Assembly: GCA_964414895.1 (NCBI GenBank)
Contig: CAYPXO010000005.1
Location: 1-56,738, forward strand
DNA: 56,738 nucleotides
Origin: an uncultured Pseudomonadales bacterium
GTDB lineage: Bacteria; Patescibacteriota; Microgenomatia; UBA1400; CAYNMC01
Reading direction: 5' to 3'
Part shown: positions 45,336 to 52,154 of the stretch, in pieces
Numbering within the stretch: position 1 is the stretch's first letter
How the letters are laid out: every line of letters begins with the position of its first letter
Translations under genes and position numbers: made by a program
The notes under the pieces: generated by a model
Databases searched by the model: none
What the model saw: only the letters and a program-made list of their open reading frames with translations
Told to the model about the DNA's origin: nothing

Positions 45336-45806
45336 TTAGGTCCTTTTAAGGACTCTCGGTCTTTTTTTATATCTTTTTATAACTATATCCATAATCTCCT
45401 TCTCCTTAATAAGGAAGTCAACTTTGAGCTTTTTCTTATAAGTGAAGTAAGCTTTTTTGTGTGCTGGCGACTTTTTACCAACCGACTTAAATCTAATTTC
45501 TGGACGATAGTTTAGATGTTGATAAATAATACTTTTTATTGTCTGTTCATGGCCTGGATATTCAATATCAATAATTAAAACTGCTGGTTTTACCTTCGCT
45601 TTTCGGACAAGAACTACAAGACAACAGGCAAAAGTGCGGATGGCAAACAGTTTGGGCTTTCCCAAAGCTCTAAATATCTTCTGGATTTTTCTTTTGGTTC
45701 GCGACTTAAGACAAACACTGAAGGCAAAGTCTTTATCGGCAATAGCAATAATCGTATTTCTCTGAGTTTCTTCAATTCTGCCAGATTGGTCAATTTCCCA
45801 AGCCAT
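45336..45806 (-). CDS. hypothetical protein (cassette between R1 and R2)
   Basis: 156-aa ORF filling the R1-R2 interval. No recognisable domain. Confidence 0.5.
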   Translation of the reverse strand: MAWEIDQSGRIEETQRNTIIAIADKDFAFSVCLKSRTKRKIQKIFRALGKPKLFAIRTFACCLVVLVRKAKVKPAVLIIDIEYPGHEQTIKSIIYQHLNYRPEIRFKSVGKKSPAHKKAYFTYKKKLKVDFLIKEKEIMDIVIKRYKKRPRVLKRT

Positions 45807-45849
45807 AAATCCATTCTATCACCTTTTATTAACTAAGTTGGAATTTTAC

Positions 45850-45928
45850 GCCTTGCTGGCTTAGTTTTAGTAGAGAAGTTTCTTAAGAGTCTAAATCCTT
45901 TGGACTTTTAAGAGGTAAAAAACTGCAC
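45850..45928 (+). repeat. R2: structured cassette-boundary repeat
   Basis: GCCTTGCTGGCTTAGTTTTAGTAGAGAAGTTTCTTAAGAGTCTAAATCCTTTGGACTTTTAAGAGGTAAAAAACTGCAC. Confidence 0.9.
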
Positions 45929-46039
45929 TTTTCCCCACTCGTCATTCTAAGCTTGCCTGAGATAAAACTCAGAGATCGTTCCCCGCATTATCTGCGGGGC
46001 CAGGATAACAAATAATTTGATGGTTAAATTGTGGGAGTT

Positions 46040-46378
46040 TTACTCCTCCTTCATCTGTTTAAGTTGTTCTTTTAACCGCGGAATGTCTTCTTGAATGGTC
46101 TTCCAAAGAATCCCTGTATCGACTACAAAATATCCATGAATAACTTTATCTCTTGTGCCAGTAATCTCTTTCCATGGTATTTGCCGATGCTTTAGTTTAA
46201 CCTCTTTAGGAAAATTCCTTGCTGCTTCTCCAATAATCTCTAAATTCCTCACGACTGCATCAATTGTTTTTTGATCTTTGTTAAAATCGTCAAAAGTCAG
46301 TCTCTGAGTATATTTTTTAATTCTCTCGATTGAATCTTTAATATCCTCAAGATAGAGAGCAAAACTTCTTTTAGACAT
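46040..46378 (-). CDS. hepT: HepT (DUF86) toxin of a MNT/HepT type VII TA system
   Basis: RNLEIIGEAARNFP and TRDKVIHGY (RX4HXY-like) motifs. Overlaps the upstream MNT gene by 8 nt. Confidence 0.8.
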   Translation of the reverse strand: MSKRSFALYLEDIKDSIERIKKYTQRLTFDDFNKDQKTIDAVVRNLEIIGEAARNFPKEVKLKHRQIPWKEITGTRDKVIHGYFVVDTGILWKTIQEDIPRLKEQLKQMKEE

Positions 46379-46667
46379 AAACCACCTCTTTAAGAACTTC
46401 CTTTTTAATCATTGGCTTAAGAGCCCTTCTGGTTACAAGGTCAACTTTCCTTCCCAAAATCCTGCCCAAAAAATTCTCTAATTCAATAAATTTAAAAAGG
46501 CCAACTGGCTCCGATAAATCCACAAGAATATCTATATCACTGCTTTTTGTTTCTTGACCTTTTGTCACCGAACCAAAAATACCAATATTTTCTACTTTAT
46601 AATTCTCCTCAAGAAAATCTGAATGTTTATCAATAAGGTTGGTAATCTCTCTCATTCTTCCATTCAT
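46371..46667 (-). CDS. mntA: MNT nucleotidyltransferase antitoxin
   Basis: GIFGSVTKGQETKSSDIDILVD (GS..D.D NTase motif). Confidence 0.85.
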   Translation of the reverse strand: MNGRMREITNLIDKHSDFLEENYKVENIGIFGSVTKGQETKSSDIDILVDLSEPVGLFKFIELENFLGRILGRKVDLVTRRALKPMIKKEVLKEVVYV

Positions 46668-46740
46668 AAATCAAAATATAACATAAAAGAAGCCTGCTGA
46701 CAATCCAGCCAGGTTTAAAGCTTCGTTTTTCGGAATTTTT

Positions 46741-46837
46741 GCTTGCTGGCCTGCCTGCCGGCAGGCAGGCTTAGTTTTAGTAGAGAAGTTTCTTAAGAGT
46801 CTAAACCCTTTGGACTTTTAAGAAACAAAAACTGCAC
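46741..46837 (+). repeat. R3: structured cassette-boundary repeat with a 20-bp palindrome insertion
   Basis: Like R1/R2, but CTGCCTGCCGGCAGGCAGGC (46751-46770) is inserted after GCTGGC. Confidence 0.9.
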
Positions 46838-46876
46838 TTTTTGACATGATTTTCTCTGTGTGGTAGATTAAGACTA

Positions 46877-47080
46877 ATGAGAAGGTCAACCGTTGAGTAT
46901 GAGGTATATTCTGAATTTTTGACTAATGGAGCGGTGGCCTGGTTTTCGGCCGGAATTATTGGTCTTTTATTTCTTAAAGCAATTGGCCTAAAAGAAATCA
47001 TTGCTTCAATTATCTCTTTTCTTTTTTGCCTTGTATTTTTAAAATTAGCCGCTTTTTTCAGGAAGGAGGGAAAGAAATGA
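46877..47080 (+). CDS. small two-TM hydrophobic protein
   Basis: 67-aa ORF with no clear RBS. First of three consecutive hydrophobic mini-ORFs in the R3-R4 interval. Confidence 0.35.
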   Translation: MRRSTVEYEVYSEFLTNGAVAWFSAGIIGLLFLKAIGLKEIIASIISFLFCLVFLKLAAFFRKEGKK

Positions 47081-47169
47081 TAGAAAATAATATCTTGGTT
47101 GCTTACAGTATTGGAGTAATCATTAGTAGTTTAATTATTATTTATATGTATTTTCGTTTAAACAGATAA
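47077..47169 (+). CDS. 30-aa single-TM peptide (MIENNILVAYSIGVIISSLIIIYMYFRLNR)
   Basis: Own translation. The ATG overlaps the preceding stop (ATGA), and GGAAGGAGGG lies 7-16 nt upstream. Confidence 0.3.
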   Translation: MIENNILVAYSIGVIISSLIIIYMYFRLNR

Positions 47170-47176
47170 ACTTATT

Positions 47177-47266
47177 ATGATGTTCTTGGAAACTCTTATC
47201 TATATTTTGGCAGTGATCTTGGGTGGAGTTGTCCTTTATATCACCTTCTTTAAATTAAGAGCCTAA
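47177..47266 (+). CDS. 29-aa single-TM peptide (MMFLETLIYILAVILGGVVLYITFFKLRA)
   Basis: Own translation. Starts 7 nt after the previous stop. Confidence 0.25.
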   Translation: MMFLETLIYILAVILGGVVLYITFFKLRA

Positions 47267-47292
47267 TAAAAATCTGGCCTCACTCCCCATCT

Positions 47293-47473
47293 TTGCCTTG
47301 CTGGCCTGCCTGCCGACAGGCAGGCTTTAAGCGTTTTAGTGGAGAATATTTTTCTTAAGAGTCTAAATCACTTTGCCTGTCCGCCGAAGCATTACGAGTG
47401 CAAACACGGCTAAATCGCCGAGTGAGCAATTCGAAAGCGAAGGCGGAGACTTTTAAGAGATAAAAAACTGCAC
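47293..47473 (+). repeat. R4: structured cassette-boundary repeat with expanded loop
   Basis: Same ends and same CTTAAGAGTC/GACTTTTAAG stem (47354-63 / 47448-57), but an 84-nt loop and a palindrome insertion at 47306-47327. The left box variant is GTTTTAGTGGAGAAT. Confidence 0.85.
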
Positions 47474-47491
47474 TTGAAATTAGTAGCTATA

Positions 47492-47674
47492 AGAGTTTTG
47501 CAGTTTTCATAAAAGAGGTCTTTATTCTTCGAGCGAAGCCAGGTACCAGACGGTACCTGGCGAAGTCGAGAAGCTTCATCTATAAAAGTTCTCGATTCCT
47601 CTCTCTCCGGCGCAGCCGGATCGAGATTCACTCGAACAATAACAGATTTATGGCCAAAAGTGCAAAACTTTAGT
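47492..47674. repeat. ~185-bp composite palindromic element, copy E2 (inverted relative to E1)
   Basis: The reverse complement aligns module by module with 39725-39922. The central hairpins differ. Confidence 0.8.
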
Positions 47675-47717
47675 AGTTAGCAGTTAGTATTTAGGGATTA
47701 GAAAAACTAGAAGGAAA

Positions 47718-47942
47718 TCAAAGAAGTTTTAGAAACTCTTCTTTAGAAATCTCTGTCTGATTAAGAATAGCGCTTAGGGTTCCTTTGGCAATTGGTTTAT
47801 TGTGAATAGCAACCGAGGTATGCCGACCATCAGGATGCTTTAGCCAAAGATGACTGCCTTTGCCTTTTCTGGCAATGTAAAAGCCTGCTTTTTGGAGTGT
47901 TTTGACAACATCTTTAGGTTTAACAATAGGCAGTTTTGTCAT
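47718..47942 (-). CDS. hicA: HicA toxin
   Basis: LQKAGFYIARKGKGSHLWLKHPDGRHTSVAIH pattern of the HicA/YcfA family. Confidence 0.85.
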   Translation of the reverse strand: MTKLPIVKPKDVVKTLQKAGFYIARKGKGSHLWLKHPDGRHTSVAIHNKPIAKGTLSAILNQTEISKEEFLKLL

Positions 47943-48235
47943 ACAAAACCAAATAACTTCCCATTTTTGGGGAAGGAGACACCAATATGAGTACTAATGA
48001 CTTCTTCAGAAACATTATCAATAGGAATTTCCAAACCTTCGTCAGCAAGACATTTAAGGTGAAACTCAATTAATCCTTTGATATTCTTTAATGTTTCCTC
48101 AACATTTTCGCCATCAGCTGCCAATCCTAAAGTCGGACATCGGGCAGTAAAGCAAGCCTTACCGCTAGCGATTCTTTTGTCAGGCTCAATAATAATCCGA
48201 TAATTTTTGATAGTTTTTTCGATTTTCTTTGCCAT
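47939..48235 (-). CDS. hicB: HicB-family antitoxin
   Basis: YRIIIEPD..CFTARCPTLGLAADGENVEETLKNIKGLIEFHL. 4-nt overlap with hicA. Confidence 0.75.
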   Translation of the reverse strand: MAKKIEKTIKNYRIIIEPDKRIASGKACFTARCPTLGLAADGENVEETLKNIKGLIEFHLKCLADEGLEIPIDNVSEEVISTHIGVSFPKNGKLFGFV

Positions 48236-48283
48236 AATGGTTTTATTATAAAATTGCTTTTTTTCTTTTCAACCAGCAAACTT

Positions 48284-48565
48284 TTAAGAAACAGCCAACT
48301 TGGAACCTTTTGTATTTTTTAGTTTATCAATTAACCAAATCCGAGCCAAAGTTGACAAATTTATCCCATAATTTTTAGCAATTTTCTCCATTCTGTTTTT
48401 CAAAGTTGGCTGCACTCTGATAGTCAAAATCTCTTTTTTTTCACTCTCAAGATCAACTTCTAACTTAACCGGTTTTAACTCGGAAAGATAGTCGGTCACA
48501 TCATGAATGTCCCAAAACTTAGCCTCTTGACGTATTGATTTGAATTTAGGAATTTTTTTAGGCAT
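48284..48565 (-). CDS. brnA: BrnA-like (CopG/RHH) antitoxin
   Basis: EAKFWDIHDVTDY.. N-terminus and a C-terminal RHH-like segment. Directly downstream of the BrnT-like gene. Confidence 0.7.
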   Translation of the reverse strand: MPKKIPKFKSIRQEAKFWDIHDVTDYLSELKPVKLEVDLESEKKEILTIRVQPTLKNRMEKIAKNYGINLSTLARIWLIDKLKNTKGSKLAVS

Positions 48566-48566
48566 T

Positions 48567-48845
48567 TTAATTCTCCTTTCTATAATATTTTCTTTCTTTT
48601 TTACTCATATCTCTGGCGGTAACGAGGTAATATTTGTTATCTTTTTCTGGCGCCAAGACGACGGTCAATAATCTTTTATTCTTTGTTTTACCCAAGATTA
48701 GTAATCTCTTCTGATAACTTTTCAAGGTCTTTGTTTTTGATTTCAATACCTGGTTGACTTCTTCTGGCTTAACCTGATGTTTCTTAATATGATCAACATT
48801 CCAATCATCCCAAAGCAACTGCTTTACCCTTATCTTAATCATCAA
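48567..48845 (-). CDS. brnT: BrnT (DUF497) toxin
   Basis: LLWDDWNVDHIKKHQVKPEEVNQV..LVTARDMSKKERKYY pattern. Confidence 0.75.
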   Translation of the reverse strand: MMIKIRVKQLLWDDWNVDHIKKHQVKPEEVNQVLKSKTKTLKSYQKRLLILGKTKNKRLLTVVLAPEKDNKYYLVTARDMSKKERKYYRKEN

Positions 48846-48928
48846 TTATAATGTATAACATTGTAATACGATTGTCAAGAAGGAAAAATAAGCTGTTAAA
48901 CCTATACTAATCTTGTATAATAATTTCG

Positions 48929-49801
48929 ATGAAGCTAACTAAGCTGCAGAGGAAAAAAATCACAACCGCCCAGAAAAACGAAATAACAGAATACTTCATC
49001 TATCAAAAACTGGCCTCTTGCGCCCGGCATGGCAAAAACCGCCGGGTCTTAAGAAAAATCGGCCAACAAGAAAAAAGGCATTATCAGTTTTGGCAAAAAC
49101 TAAGTGGAGAAAAAGCCAATCCTGACAGAAAAGAAATTTTTCTTTATTCTCTTCTGGGCCGCTTTTTAGGACTCAACTTTGCCTTGCGTCTAATGGAAGC
49201 CGGCGAACAGTCAGCGCAAACTTTTTACAAAAACCTTATTAAACTTGACCCCAAAGGAGTGAAAAAAATCATCCATGAGGAGGAAAAACACGAAGAAAAA
49301 CTACTCAACCTTCTTTCTCAAGAAGAGTTAGAATACACCGGTTCAGTTGTCTTGGGTTTAAATGATGCCTTGGTTGAGTTAACCGGCGTTTTGGCCGGCT
49401 TGACTTTTGCCCTGCAAAACACCAACTTGATTGTCCTAACCGGCCTGATCACCGGCATTGCCGCTTCTTTTTCCATGGCCGGCTCTGAGTATCTTTCTAC
49501 CAAAGAAGAAAAGGGTAAAAATCCCCTCAAGGCCAGTCTTTACACCGGTCTTGCCTATATTTCAACCGTCTTTGTTTTAATTCTGCCCTATTTCCTCCTT
49601 GGCAATCCTCTTTTGGCTCTATCAGCAACCATTTTCTTTGCCTTAATTATTATTTTTATCTTTAACTTTTATATAGCCGTTGCCAAAGGCTTGGAGTTCA
49701 AAAAGAGGTTTTTGGAAATGGCTACCATTAGTCTCGGGGTAACTGTCTTAAATTTTATCATCGGCTCGCTGGTAAAAAAGTATTTCAAAATAGAAATCTA
49801 G
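48929..49801 (+). CDS. VIT1/CCC1-family iron transporter with N-terminal ferritin-like domain
   Basis: Ferritin-like EITEYFIYQKLA..EKRHYQFW, VIT motif GLNDALVELTGVLAGL, and a C-terminal TM bundle. Confidence 0.8.
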   Translation: MKLTKLQRKKITTAQKNEITEYFIYQKLASCARHGKNRRVLRKIGQQEKRHYQFWQKLSGEKANPDRKEIFLYSLLGRFLGLNFALRLMEAGEQSAQTFYKNLIKLDPKGVKKIIHEEEKHEEKLLNLLSQEELEYTGSVVLGLNDALVELTGVLAGLTFALQNTNLIVLTGLITGIAASFSMAGSEYLSTKEEKGKNPLKASLYTGLAYISTVFVLILPYFLLGNPLLALSATIFFALIIIFIFNFYIAVAKGLEFKKRFLEMATISLGVTVLNFIIGSLVKKYFKIEI

Positions 49802-49863
49802 ATAAAAATCTAGCTCTCACTCTCTCGCTTTCAAATCCTTAAATCTCTTCCCCTCCCTCTTTC

Positions 49864-49898
49864 TTATTATTTAGTATACTATATATACTTTATAATAA
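49864..49898. promoter_or_regulatory. second copy of the AT-rich palindrome (2 mismatches)
   Basis: TTATTATTTAGTATA-CTATA-TATACTTTATAATAA, 30-65 bp upstream of the PP-loop gene start. Confidence 0.45.
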
Positions 49899-49928
49899 CT
49901 AAAGGTTCTTATTGTTTATAATAGAACT

Positions 49929-50954
49929 GTGAATGTAGGTAAAACTGTGAAGTCTAAAAAAAAAGTAAAAGGTCTGGTTTTGTTTTCCGGCGGATTGGAT
50001 TCCAGTCTGGCTGCTAAGTTACTGGTTGAGCAGGGAATCAAAGTTAGCGGCTTGATTTTCCAAAGCTTTTTTTGGAATGTTAAACAGGCAGAAAAGGCCG
50101 CCAAAAAACTTGGAATTGAATACAAAATCATCAACTTCGCAAAAAAACATCTCAAAACAGTTAAAAATCCCTCTTATGGCTATGGCAAAGCGGCCAATCC
50201 TTGCCTTGACTGTCATATCTTAATGCTTAAGGAGACAAAAGAAATAATGAAAGCCAAAGGCTACAGTTTTGTCGCTACTGGTGAAGTCTTGGGTGAGCGG
50301 CCTTTTTCCCAAAACAAAAAAGCACTGGAGCTTATTGCCAAAGAATCCGGCTTGAAGAACCATTTAGTCCGCCCTTTATCTGCCCGTTTACTTTCTCCTA
50401 CTCTACCAGAAAAGAAAAATTGGCTAGACAGAAAAAAACTACTGGCAATTCAGGGACGATCACGAAAAATTCAACTATCCTTAGCCAAAAAATATAAGCT
50501 TGACTTTCCCCAGCCAGCCGGCGGCTGTATTCTCACGGAAAAAGAGTTTGCTAAAAAGCTCCTTGATCTTTTTAGCCACTGGCCAGATTGCACTGGTGAC
50601 GATGTAAAGCTGCTTTTTTTGGGAAGGCATTTTTGGGCGCCTACCAGTCGGCACCCGCTGGGAGCGGGCACAAGAACCAAAGATGCCCCTGGGGTATCAA
50701 TTCAGACACCCCTGGAGTGCCAAAAGGCGGCAAAGATCGTTCTTGGCAAAAATCAGCAAGAAAACGAAAAACTGGAAAACTCCGCCAGAAAAGGAGATTT
50801 CTTGATAAAACCAGCAAACTTTCCTGGCCCAACCGCCCTTATTAGAGGAGAAAATATTGACAAAAAAACTTTAAAAAAAGCAAAAAAACTACTTCTTAAA
50901 CACAGCAAAAAACTACCTTCCAGTAAACCATCTTTTAACCATCTAGCTATATAA
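49929..50954 (+). CDS. PP-loop ATPase (ThiI/MnmA-like tRNA sulfurtransferase family)
   Basis: LFSGGLDSS PP-loop and NPCLDCH. GC-rich in-frame insertion at about 50636-50735. Confidence 0.6.
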   Translation: MNVGKTVKSKKKVKGLVLFSGGLDSSLAAKLLVEQGIKVSGLIFQSFFWNVKQAEKAAKKLGIEYKIINFAKKHLKTVKNPSYGYGKAANPCLDCHILMLKETKEIMKAKGYSFVATGEVLGERPFSQNKKALELIAKESGLKNHLVRPLSARLLSPTLPEKKNWLDRKKLLAIQGRSRKIQLSLAKKYKLDFPQPAGGCILTEKEFAKKLLDLFSHWPDCTGDDVKLLFLGRHFWAPTSRHPLGAGTRTKDAPGVSIQTPLECQKAAKIVLGKNQQENEKLENSARKGDFLIKPANFPGPTALIRGENIDKKTLKKAKKLLLKHSKKLPSSKPSFNHLAI

Positions 50955-51356
50955 CTATGTAGTCATATTCCTATTTTTGACAGCATGATATAATGGCTTT
51001 GGCTGCCCTACGAAAAGACCGAAAGGGGTGAGGAATTTTTCCTCCACACCTTTTTTTTAGAGGCAACAAAGTTCTTGTAAAACCATTGTGTTTTGCCAGA
51101 CAGTTGCCCACCTTGGATTCATCCGGGGAAAAACCTTGCCACCAACGGCTGATATTGTAGGGTGGCTTCTTTTTATCTCTCCTCATTTTCCCCTGCTTTC
51201 GAATCGCTGACTCTCTCTCCTTAAATTATTATAGAATGTGGCGATCGCAGCATAAAGTAATAATATTCTGGACAATGAATGAATCAGTCTTTTCCTTTTT
51301 ATAACTTATTGATAAAATAATAACTATCTTAAAAACTCAAACTAAGTATTAAAATT

Positions 51357-51432
51357 GCCGGGGTAGCTCAGCGGCTAGAGCACTTGTTTTGTAAACAAGG
51401 GGTCGTGGGTTCGAATCCCACCTTCGGCTCCA
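51357..51432 (+). tRNA. tRNA-Thr (anticodon UGU), CCA encoded
   Basis: Hand-folded cloverleaf: acceptor GCCGGGG/CTTCGGC, D arm GCTC..GAGC, anticodon arm CTTGT-TTTGTAA-ACAAG, T arm GTGGG-TTCGAAT-CCCAC. Confidence 0.9.
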
Positions 51433-51596
51433 TTTAAAACCTCTCCTTGCCCCCTTGTTTTTTTATTTTTTTCTGTTTTATAATGGAAACTAATAAATAG
51501 GTTAGTCATTTGGTTTAGGTTTAGAAGCTAGTATGGAAGTAGCAAGCTTTCAAACCTAAACCCATTCCCAATCCAGAAGGGAGGTGAAAAACAAAA

Positions 51597-51974
51597 ATGG
51601 ACTCAGGAAATACACCAAAGGTTCCCAATGTGCCCGGAGTAAAGCCGGCAGGCACTACTCCCTCTCCAACTGGAAGTCAACCCAGTGGAACTCCTGCCCC
51701 TAAACCGGCAGGGTCAACACCAACACCTATTCCTCCAAGACCAGGAGCAACAACTCCCGGTTCAACAGGAGTAGGAACTCCAGGAGGAGTTAAACCAGGA
51801 ATTTCTACCCCTAAGCCAGGAGGTATGCCAAGCGTTGGCCCGATCCCAAATGGACCGAAACCAGCAACACCAGCTCCAGGAGGAGACAGCCCTAAGCCGG
51901 GCATGCCATCAACTCCCAGCCCAATGGGGGGACAAACTCCCGGCGGAACTCCAGGAACAAGTAAACCCTTATAA
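51597..51974 (+). CDS. Pro/Gly/Thr-rich low-complexity protein
   Basis: GGGAGGTGAAAAA RBS. 125 aa of PG(T/S)P-type repeats. Lies between two tRNA genes. Confidence 0.45.
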   Translation: MDSGNTPKVPNVPGVKPAGTTPSPTGSQPSGTPAPKPAGSTPTPIPPRPGATTPGSTGVGTPGGVKPGISTPKPGGMPSVGPIPNGPKPATPAPGGDSPKPGMPSTPSPMGGQTPGGTPGTSKPL

Positions 51975-52069
51975 AAACTAACTTAAAAATCCCCCGAGAA
52001 TTCTTATTCTTAAGAAATCCTCGGGGGAACTCCTACTTTTAAATCTGTTATAATCAAGTGGCGTTTATT

Positions 52070-52154
52070 GCCGGGATGGCGGAGCAGTCAAACGCACCGG
52101 TCTGTAAAACCGGCGGTCGAAAGGCCTACCTAGGTGCAAATCCTAGTCCCGGCA
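52070..52154 (+). tRNA. tRNA-Tyr (anticodon GUA) with long variable arm
   Basis: Hand-folded: acceptor GCCGGGA/TCCCGGC plus A, anticodon arm CCGGT-CTGTAAA-ACCGG, long variable arm, T arm CTAGG-TGCAAAT-CCTAG (unusual G at T-loop position 55). No encoded CCA. Confidence 0.8.

Noticed and set aside
45097-47473. R1-R4 as a CRISPR array
   Set aside because: The repeats are ~80-180 bp, not 25-40 bp. The spacing is 550-900 bp and the intervals contain complete genes. There are only four direct copies, and no cas gene is in the window.
45097-47473. R1-R4 as canonical integron attC sites
   Set aside because: Neither strand shows the RYYYAAC ... GTTRRRY core arrangement; the elements begin with GTTTTAG and end with AAAAC-TGCAC. 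No IntI-type tyrosine recombinase or attI is visible. The idea is kept only as an integron-like analogy.
50971-51186. 71-aa minus-strand ORF as a protein gene
   Set aside because: It is extremely basic and low-complexity, has no RBS and overlaps promoter/terminator-like signals on the other strand. Non-coding is more likely.
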